Source: an uncultured delta proteobacterium
GTDB lineage: Bacteria; Myxococcota_A; UBA9160; UBA4427
Direction: 5' to 3'
Length of the DNA: 64,000 nt
NCBI GenBank assembly: GCA_963822965.1
Contig: CAWGJT010000001.1
Span: 192,001 to 256,000, forward strand
A program made the translations under genes and the position numbers. The notes below the pieces were generated by a model that saw only the letters and a program-made list of their open reading frames with translations, was not told the origin of the DNA and did not search any database. The number at the start of each line of letters is the position of its first letter. Within the stretch, counting starts at the first letter, position 1. Of the stretch, positions 23,398-30,561 are shown piece after piece.

Positions 23398-24537
23398 TTG
23401 CCGATCGAACGGGTCCTGATCGTGGGTGGAGGCATCGCCGGCCTGGCAACCGCCGCGGGGCTCTCCCGCGCGGGCATCGCGTGCGAGGTGGTCGAGCGGA
23501 CGGATCGCTGGGCGCCGGTCGGGGCCGGCATCGTCCTGGGCGTGAACGCCATGAAGGTGATGCGGGGGCTGGGGCTGGCGGAGAACATCGCCGCCCGGGG
23601 AGCCCGTCTCGGGCGGGGTGCCATCACCGACCAGCGGGGCCGGGACATCGGCCGCACCGACTTCGGCGTGCTCGAGCCCGAGCTCGGCCCCACCATCGCC
23701 CTGCACCGGGCCGCCCTGCACGACGTGCTGCTCGGCGGCGCAGCCGGCGTTCCCGTGGCCCTGGGCACCAGCGTCGAGCACCTGGAGCTGCACGATTCTC
23801 ACGTGGACGTGCGTTTCACCGACGGGCGCGAGGGGCGCTACGACCTGGTGATCGGCGCCGACGGCCTGCGCTCGCGGGTGCGCGAGCTCGTCTTCGGCGA
23901 CATCGCGATCGCCTACGCGGGCTACACGTGCTGGCGCCTGGTCGTGAAGGCGCCGTTCGACCGCGCCGACATGCGCGAGATGTGGGGCCGCGGCAAGCGC
24001 TTCGGCATCGTGCCCGTGGGAGACGACCGCGTCTACTGCTTCGCGGTGGCCAACGCGCCCCGCGGCGAAGCCGACCCGATGGAGGGCCGACTCGAGCGGT
24101 TCCGCGCCCGCTTCGCGGATTTCGGAGGCCAGGTTCCCGAGATCCTCGCCACGCTCCAACGCCCCGAAGAGCTCATCCACAACGATCTCGAGGAGGTGCC
24201 GGACGGCCCGTGGTACCGGGGCCGCGTGGTGCTGGTGGGTGACGCCGCCCACGCCATGACGCCCAACATGGGGCAGGGCGCGGCCATGGCGCTCGAGGAT
24301 TCGGCGGTGCTCGTCGAGCTGCTGGGGGCGGGCGATCCGCTGCCGGCCGCGCTCGCCGCCTACGTGGCCCGGCGCAACGACCGCGTGCGTTGGGTGCAGA
24401 CCCAGTCGCGCCGCATCGGCCGCATCGGACAGCTCGAGGGCGCCGTGGTGTGCGCGCTGCGCAACGCCGCCCTGCGCCTCGTCCCCGACAGCTCCAGCAC
24501 GGCCGCCCTGCGACGGATGGCGAGCCAGCCCATCTGA
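23398..24537 (+). CDS. FAD-dependent monooxygenase (UbiH/salicylate hydroxylase-like)
   Basis: GGGIAG, IGADGLRS, LVGDAAHAMTPNMGQGAAMALED. Confidence 0.92.
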   Translation: MPIERVLIVGGGIAGLATAAGLSRAGIACEVVERTDRWAPVGAGIVLGVNAMKVMRGLGLAENIAARGARLGRGAITDQRGRDIGRTDFGVLEPELGPTIALHRAALHDVLLGGAAGVPVALGTSVEHLELHDSHVDVRFTDGREGRYDLVIGADGLRSRVRELVFGDIAIAYAGYTCWRLVVKAPFDRADMREMWGRGKRFGIVPVGDDRVYCFAVANAPRGEADPMEGRLERFRARFADFGGQVPEILATLQRPEELIHNDLEEVPDGPWYRGRVVLVGDAAHAMTPNMGQGAAMALEDSAVLVELLGAGDPLPAALAAYVARRNDRVRWVQTQSRRIGRIGQLEGAVVCALRNAALRLVPDSSSTAALRRMASQPI

Positions 24538-24556
24538 CGGTCCGGGGACGGCGCGC

Positions 24557-24611
24557 GGCGGTCCACTGGAGTGGACCCGATCCGCCGACGGGTCCACTCC
24601 AGTAGACCGCC
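24557..24611. promoter_or_regulatory. Two palindromic operator/enhancer-like sites GTCCACT-N2-AGTRGAC forming a 23-bp inverted repeat
   Basis: GTCCACTGGAGTGGAC (24561-24576) and GTCCACTCCAGTAGAC (24592-24607), 31 bp apart, upstream of a sigma54 motif. Confidence 0.6.
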
Positions 24612-24679
24612 CGTCGCGGGGCCCCGCGTCGAAGCCGCGAATCCGCAGGGGATTCGCGCGCGCCCGGGCGCCGTCGCGC

Positions 24680-24695
24680 TGGCATGTCCCTTGCT
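24680..24695 (+). promoter_or_regulatory. Sigma54 (-24/-12) promoter
   Basis: TGGCATGTCCCTTGCT matches TGGCAC-N5-TTGCW with exact GG-N10-GC spacing. Confidence 0.75.
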
Positions 24696-24740
24696 CTCCC
24701 TCGTCTCGAACGCATCGACGCGAGAAAGAGGGAGCCTGCC

Positions 24741-24821
24741 ATGCCGGGGTCCGACTTCGAACGAACCGCAGGAGGGGCGTCGGCGACACGGGCTCGCGCG
24801 CATGCTCGGGGGCCGGCATGA
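24741..24821 (+). CDS. 26-aa upstream ORF MPGSDFERTAGGASATRARAHARGPA (candidate precursor/leader peptide)
   Basis: AAAGAGGGAG RBS 6 nt upstream. Its TGA overlaps the radical SAM ATG (ATGA). Confidence 0.4.
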   Translation: MPGSDFERTAGGASATRARAHARGPA

Positions 24822-25870
24822 ACGGCCCCGTTCGCGAGCGGATCCTCCAGCTGCATCCGACGCGCCACTGCAACCTGCAGTGCTCGCACTGCTACTCGAT
24901 CTCGGGTCCCGACCGACACGAAGCGCTGCCCCTCTCGCTGCTCTGCCGGGTGCTGGCGGACGCCCGGGAGGAGGGCTTCGACACGATGAGCATCTCGGGC
25001 GGCGAGCCGCTGCTGTACTCGCCGCTGCGGTACCTGCTGCGGGAGGCGCGCGCGCTCGGCTTCTCCACCAACCTCGTGACCAGCGGCATGCTGCTGACGG
25101 AGCGGCGCCTCGCCGAGCTCGTCGGCTACGTGGACGCCCTGGCCATCAGCCTCGACGGCCGCCCCGCCTCCCACGATCGCATGCGCGGGTCGCCCCGCGC
25201 CTTCGAGTGCATGACTGCCCGGCTCGACGCGCTGCGTCGCTCGGGAATCCCCTTCGGATTCCTCTTCACGCTCACCCAGTGGAACCTGGACGAGCTTCCC
25301 TGGGCGGTGGAGTTCGCCCTGGAGCAGGGCGCATCGCTCCTCCAGGTGCACCCGCTGCAGGCGGTCGGTCGCGCGGCGCTTCACCTGTCGGATTCGGTCC
25401 CGGCCGCGCGCGAGTGCCTCGCCGCGTTCCTGGCGGTAGCCACGTTGCAGATCGAGGTGGGCGACGCGCTCGCCCTGCAGATCGACCTGTGCGACCGCGG
25501 AATCGTCGACGCGGAGCCGGCACGAATCTACGCCGACGAGCTGGCCAGAGAGCCGTGGGAGCTGCCCCTCTCGGAGCTGGCCTGCCCGCTCGTCGTCCAG
25601 TCGGACGGCACGGTGGTCCCCTTCCAGCACGGCATGCCCGAGCCGCTCTGCCTCGGAAACCTCCGCGACGAGCCCCTTGCCGCCATGGCCCGGCGCTGGA
25701 AGCGCGGCGGCGTCTACGCCGCCCGGGACGTGTGCCTGCGGGCGGCGGAGACCGTGGTCGAAGACGTCGGCCGGCCCTTCTTCGACTGGTACTCGGTGGT
25801 GCGGGCCGTCGCCGAGCAGCTCTCCCAGCACGGCTTGCCGCCAAAGCGCGCGCTGGAAGCGATCGGATGA
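24818..25870 (+). CDS. Radical SAM enzyme with a degenerate twitch/SPASM-like C-terminus
   Basis: CNLQCSHC, ISGGEPLL, ISLDG..HD..RG, C-terminal CPLVVQSDGTVVPF...CLGNL...C. Confidence 0.9.
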   Translation: MNGPVRERILQLHPTRHCNLQCSHCYSISGPDRHEALPLSLLCRVLADAREEGFDTMSISGGEPLLYSPLRYLLREARALGFSTNLVTSGMLLTERRLAELVGYVDALAISLDGRPASHDRMRGSPRAFECMTARLDALRRSGIPFGFLFTLTQWNLDELPWAVEFALEQGASLLQVHPLQAVGRAALHLSDSVPAARECLAAFLAVATLQIEVGDALALQIDLCDRGIVDAEPARIYADELAREPWELPLSELACPLVVQSDGTVVPFQHGMPEPLCLGNLRDEPLAAMARRWKRGGVYAARDVCLRAAETVVEDVGRPFFDWYSVVRAVAEQLSQHGLPPKRALEAIG

Positions 25871-26024
25871 AGACGCGCGCTCGAGAAGGCCCGCAGCGGA
25901 GCGTCCAGGCTCTGCGTGGACGTGACCGCCGGGAGCCAGTGAGTCGATCCCGCGACCGGGCGCCGAACGACGGCCCCGGTAGGTCCGGACGAAAGGAAAC
26001 AAGGAAGGGAAAAGGAGAAGTGCC

Positions 26025-27581
26025 ATGGCCGCTCGATCCCCCTCGTCAGGCAACCCCCAGGGCCCCGACAAGACCCGCTCGAAGCTCGCATCCGCCCACG
26101 CCGCCCGCGCCGGAGAGCGCCCCGGCTATCTCGTCTACTTTCGCGAGCGCAGCGAAGAGAACGAGTCCCTGCTCCGGGACGTCATGTCGCTCAAGCGGGC
26201 GGGTGGAGAACGGGCCGCCTCCATGGCCAGCTCCATCTGCATGCTCGAGACGACCGCCGTCACGGAGGCGGTGCAGGCAGCGCCCCAGGCGCCGCCCCGG
26301 CTGCTCGAGAAGCTGGCCATCGGCGTGGTCAGCCCCGACGACGCGCAGCTGCAGCAGCTGCGCAGGAGCCCGCTGGTCGCCGCGGTGGAGCCCAACGAGC
26401 GGCGCTACGTGCAGATCGAGAGCCAGAGCGAGCTGCTGGCCGGGGGCGTCGCCGCAGTCCGACGCGTGCACGAGGATCGGATGGCACGTCTCGCCGCGGC
26501 CGGTCCCCTCTGGTCGGACCCGTTCGCACGCAGCGGGGGCGCGGAGATCGGGGCCTTCGCGCCCAGCCGCTACGACGGCTACGCGCCCCCGCCCGACACG
26601 TTCGGGCCGTGGAGCAGCGCCGGCCCCATGCGCAGCCCGGGCGGCTCCAACGGCCATCGCTTTCCCTGGTGGTCCCAGCGAGTGGATGGTCCCATGGCTT
26701 CCCTGGACGCCACCCACAGCTGGTGTCTGGACCATGTCGGCGTGCACCGGGGATACGCCCGGGCCACGGGACGCGGCGTCACGGTGGCGGTGCTCGACAC
26801 GGGGATCGACCTCGACCACGGCGACTTCCAGGGACGCTTCCGAACCGACTCGGGCGACCCGGGCATCGACACCGCCGTGAGCTTCGTGGCCGGAGAAGAC
26901 GTCCGCGACCACCACGGCCACGGAACATTCTGCGCGGGCGTCGTCGCCGGACCGACGCAGTCCGCCGGAGGCATGCGCTACGGGGTGGCGCCCGACGCCA
27001 CCCTGCTGGTGGGCAAGGTGCTCGGCAACGACGGCGGAGGCTGGGACAGCGACATTCTCGAGGCAGTGGAATGGGCGGCCGACCGGGGCGCCAAGGTGGT
27101 GTCCATGAGCCTGGGGTCCAAGCGTGGCGTCGAGCGGCCGTTCAGCGAAGGCTTCGAGCGGATCGGCAAGCGCCTGTTCGAAGAGCAGGGCGTCCTGCTG
27201 GTGGCAGCGGCGGGCAACGAGAGCCGGCGGCCCACCGAGGTGGCTGCGGTCGGCAATCCCGCCGCCTGCCCGAGCTTCATGGCGGTGGCGGCCGTCGACG
27301 ACGCCAGCCAGGTGGCCTGGTTCAGCTGCGGTCAGCGCGACCTGGTGGGTCTGGTCGACCTCGCCGCGCCCGGGGTGGACGTGTACTCGGCGGTAGCCGG
27401 CGGCTATCGGCTGATGAGCGGAACCAGCATGGCCACGCCCCACGTGGCGGGGATCGCGGTGCTGTGGCTGAGCCACGATCCGTCGCTGGATCCCTACGAG
27501 CTCTGGTGGAACCTCGAGCAGCACGCAAAGCCGCTCGGCGACGTTCGCGACACCGGGCGCGGGCTGGTGCAGGCGCCGTAG
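26025..27581 (+). CDS. S8 subtilisin-like serine peptidase, no signal peptide
   Basis: VAVLDTG (Asp), HGHGT (His), AAAGN, GTSMATPHVAG (Ser). Purine-rich RBS upstream. Confidence 0.93.
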   Translation: MAARSPSSGNPQGPDKTRSKLASAHAARAGERPGYLVYFRERSEENESLLRDVMSLKRAGGERAASMASSICMLETTAVTEAVQAAPQAPPRLLEKLAIGVVSPDDAQLQQLRRSPLVAAVEPNERRYVQIESQSELLAGGVAAVRRVHEDRMARLAAAGPLWSDPFARSGGAEIGAFAPSRYDGYAPPPDTFGPWSSAGPMRSPGGSNGHRFPWWSQRVDGPMASLDATHSWCLDHVGVHRGYARATGRGVTVAVLDTGIDLDHGDFQGRFRTDSGDPGIDTAVSFVAGEDVRDHHGHGTFCAGVVAGPTQSAGGMRYGVAPDATLLVGKVLGNDGGGWDSDILEAVEWAADRGAKVVSMSLGSKRGVERPFSEGFERIGKRLFEEQGVLLVAAAGNESRRPTEVAAVGNPAACPSFMAVAAVDDASQVAWFSCGQRDLVGLVDLAAPGVDVYSAVAGGYRLMSGTSMATPHVAGIAVLWLSHDPSLDPYELWWNLEQHAKPLGDVRDTGRGLVQAP

Positions 27582-27619
27582 ATCGGGAGTAGCTTTCGTG
27601 TGTTCTGGAGGTCGTTCCC

Positions 27620-27847
27620 TTGCGCATTCAGCTGCTGGTCCGCCCGTCGGCCGCCCGCGACGAAGGCGCGGTGGAGCGGCTGGTGGCGGAGGCCGAGGCG
27701 CTCGGGTTCCGGCCGCGGCGGGATCGGCGGCGCTCGTGGCGTCACGGCGTCGTCCACGGTGAGGTCGACGAGGAGGACGTGGTCGAAGCCATCCGAGCGC
27801 TGCCCGACGTCGAGAGCGTCGAGCTCGAACGTCGCCACCAGATCTAG
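27620..27847 (+). CDS. Small protein resembling a stand-alone subtilisin propeptide (I9-like) domain
   Basis: GGAGG RBS and TTG start. Beta-alpha-beta-beta-alpha-beta pattern ending GVVHGEVD...AIRALPDVESVELE. Confidence 0.6.
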   Translation: MRIQLLVRPSAARDEGAVERLVAEAEALGFRPRRDRRRSWRHGVVHGEVDEEDVVEAIRALPDVESVELERRHQI

Positions 27848-28016
27848 AACGCCGCGTGCACTCTCCGATGGACCGACTCGAGCACGCCGTGACGACGCCG
27901 GAGCCCCGATCACGGCGCCGGAACGCACACGCGCGTCGCGCCGACCCGCCCTCTTCTTCGTGCCGCCTCGAGATCTCTATGGATTCTCGACACGGGTCTG
28001 TGATAAGTCTCGCTCC

Positions 28017-29573
28017 GTGACGGACCGTGATCGCGAGCTCGAGCGCCTGCGCAAGGAGCGCACGCTCTACCAGCGGCTGCTCGAGCTGGGCGAGGTGGAC
28101 GACCTCGGCCCCTTCCTCGAGGAAGCGCTCGCGCTGGTCGTGGAGGTGACGGGATCGGCGCAGGGCTACCTCGAGGTTCGCGACGTGACCGGCGGAGACG
28201 ACGCCTTCTCGCTCGCGCGCGGCTGCTCCGAGGACGAGGTCGAGGCGATCCGCGCGCGGATCTCCCGCGGCATCATCGCCGAGGCCATGGCGACGGGCCG
28301 GACGATCCTCACCCATTCGGCGCTGCTCGACGAGCGGTTCCGCGCGCGGGAGAGCGTTCGATCGGGCCGCATCGAAGCGGTGCTGTGCGCGCCGCTGGGC
28401 CGGGACGCCGCCCTCGGCGTGGTGTACCTGGAGGGCCGCTCCGGCGGCGGCCAGTTCAGCGAGGAGGACCGCGAGCTGGCCGAACGCTTCGCGCGTCACC
28501 TCGCGCCGTCCGTCGACCGGCTCTTCGTGCGCCGCCGCTACGCGGAGAGTCGGGACGCGACGCGCGAGCTCCGCCGCCTCTTCAAGCTCGAGGGCATCGT
28601 AGGGCGGAGCCGGGCGCTCGCCGCCGCCCTCGAGCAGGCCATGCTCGCCGCACCGCTGGACGTCACGGTGCTGATCACCGGCCCGTCCGGGTCGGGCAAG
28701 ACCCAGCTGGCCCACGCCATTCACGCCAACAGCCGGCGAGCGGCGGGTCCGTTCATCGAGCTGAACTGCGCGGCGATGCCTCCCTCACTCATCGAGAGCG
28801 AGCTCTTCGGCGCTCGTGCCGGAAGCCACAGCGAGGCGAAGCGCGATCTTCCGGGCAAGGTGCAGGCAGCAGAATCGGGCACCCTCTTCCTCGACGAGAT
28901 CGGCGAGCTGCCGCGCGAGGGGCAGGCGAAGCTCCTGCAGCTCCTCCAGGACCGCCAGTACTTCCCGCTGGGTGCCACCCGGCCCGTGCGGGCCGACCTG
29001 CGGCTCATCGCCGCCTCGAACGCCGACCTGGAGGCGCGGGTCGCCGACAAGCTCTTTCGCGAGGACCTCTTCTACCGCATCAACGTGATCCCGGTGGCGA
29101 TGCCCGCCCTGCGCGATCGCAGCGAGGATCTTCCCGATCTCGCCCGCGACCTGCTCGAGCGGGCGGTGCGGGAGCTGGGGCTCCCGGCCCTGGATCTCTC
29201 CGCGGGCGCGCTGCGCGCGATCGAGGCCTCCGAATGGCCGGGCAACGTGCGCCAGCTGCAGAACGCACTGCGCGCCGCGGCGATCCGCGCCGCCGGCGCG
29301 GGACGCACGGACGTCACGGCCCAGCACGTCTTCCCGAGCTCGGCCGACCCCGCAGGCGAAGAGGAGCACGGGCTCACCTTCCAGGCGGCCACCCGGGCGT
29401 TCCAGCGCGAGCTCCTTGCCCGCACCCTCGAGGAGACGGAGTGGAACGTGCGCGAGACCGCGCACCGCCTGGACATCGCCCGCTCCTACGTCTACCAGCT
29501 CATCCAGACCCTCGATCTGCGCCTCGGCTCGGAGCAGCGAGGCGACCGCAAGCACGACCGCACGAAACCCTGA
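28017..29573 (+). CDS. GAF-domain sigma54-interacting (NtrC/Fis-type) transcriptional regulator
   Basis: GAF region, GPSGSGKT, ELNCAA, ESELFG, GTLFLDEIGEL, FREDLFYR, WPGNVRQL, C-terminal HTH. GAFTGA is replaced by GSHSEA. Confidence 0.92.
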   Translation: MTDRDRELERLRKERTLYQRLLELGEVDDLGPFLEEALALVVEVTGSAQGYLEVRDVTGGDDAFSLARGCSEDEVEAIRARISRGIIAEAMATGRTILTHSALLDERFRARESVRSGRIEAVLCAPLGRDAALGVVYLEGRSGGGQFSEEDRELAERFARHLAPSVDRLFVRRRYAESRDATRELRRLFKLEGIVGRSRALAAALEQAMLAAPLDVTVLITGPSGSGKTQLAHAIHANSRRAAGPFIELNCAAMPPSLIESELFGARAGSHSEAKRDLPGKVQAAESGTLFLDEIGELPREGQAKLLQLLQDRQYFPLGATRPVRADLRLIAASNADLEARVADKLFREDLFYRINVIPVAMPALRDRSEDLPDLARDLLERAVRELGLPALDLSAGALRAIEASEWPGNVRQLQNALRAAAIRAAGAGRTDVTAQHVFPSSADPAGEEEHGLTFQAATRAFQRELLARTLEETEWNVRETAHRLDIARSYVYQLIQTLDLRLGSEQRGDRKHDRTKP

Positions 29574-29612
29574 TCGAGAACGGCCACGCGGCCACACGAG
29601 GAGGACGATCGG

Positions 29613-30509
29613 ATGGAGGATTCGAACGCGCCGACGAGCGGAGGGCGCTCGCAGGCGACGTCGCTGGAGGACGCGCTCTCGCAGATGGACGCGGAGCTCT
29701 TCGCGAGTGGCTCGACGTCGACGGTGACGCCGGGTGACACCTGCCCCGACACGTACGAGGCGGCCCTACCCCGGTACGACGAGGACACCCAGGTGGTGAT
29801 GGGGCTCCTCTGGATGGCGTTCGCCTCGGGCGCCGCGACCGCGAGCTCGGGAATCGGAGCTCTGGACGTCACCCATCGCGCCCTGGAGCTCGGCAGCGAG
29901 CGGATGCGCAGCTACGTGTACGACCAGGTGGTGACGAACGGCGGCACCGGGGGAGGCTGGGTGCCCGCTCTCGAGAGCCGCTGGCGAAGCCTGGGGGCTC
30001 GGGCGATGGCTCGCGCCGAGCTGGATGCGAGCAGCGTGATCGATCGCGGGCACTTCGACAGCGCCTGGATGACTTCGAAGCCGGTGCCGGACCGCCCGCC
30101 CCGCCCGCTCTCGAATCCCCTGGAGACCGCCACGGAGCTGATCGGGACCCACCTCTGGTTCCACTTCCAGCTCGGCGCGCTGTTCGGGAGCGATCTGCCC
30201 TACGATAGTCCCGAGGGAATCGTGCGACGCGGCCGGGCGCTGAGCCGCTACTGGGTCCGACACAACGCCGTGAAGTGGGACGTCGTCGATGGACAGCAGG
30301 TCGACTACTCGAAGTGGCCTTGGGCGATGGTGGCCGACTGTGCGATCAAGGCCGGCCGCCGGGCAAACCGCGACGCGGTGCTCGCCGGGTCGTCGAGCAT
30401 CACCTCCGATCACCTCGAGTCCGCCTGGTGCTCGGTCCACTCGGGCATGCTGCGAGTGGCGGAGCGCGCCGGTCGGGACTTCCGCCTGCTCTCCGGCGCC
30501 TGCGGCTGA
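29613..30509 (+). CDS. Hypothetical protein with two internal ~100-aa repeats (possibly histone-fold-like)
   Basis: GAGGAGG RBS. Repeats share GxxLWxxFxxGA ... GxRAxxxAxxxxSSxIxxxHxxSAW. Confidence 0.7.
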   Translation: MEDSNAPTSGGRSQATSLEDALSQMDAELFASGSTSTVTPGDTCPDTYEAALPRYDEDTQVVMGLLWMAFASGAATASSGIGALDVTHRALELGSERMRSYVYDQVVTNGGTGGGWVPALESRWRSLGARAMARAELDASSVIDRGHFDSAWMTSKPVPDRPPRPLSNPLETATELIGTHLWFHFQLGALFGSDLPYDSPEGIVRRGRALSRYWVRHNAVKWDVVDGQQVDYSKWPWAMVADCAIKAGRRANRDAVLAGSSSITSDHLESAWCSVHSGMLRVAERAGRDFRLLSGACG

Positions 30510-30561
30510 CCGCGGTCTCCCGGGACCGCGCGGCCGCGCGGTCCCCTGAGACCCGGGCGCC

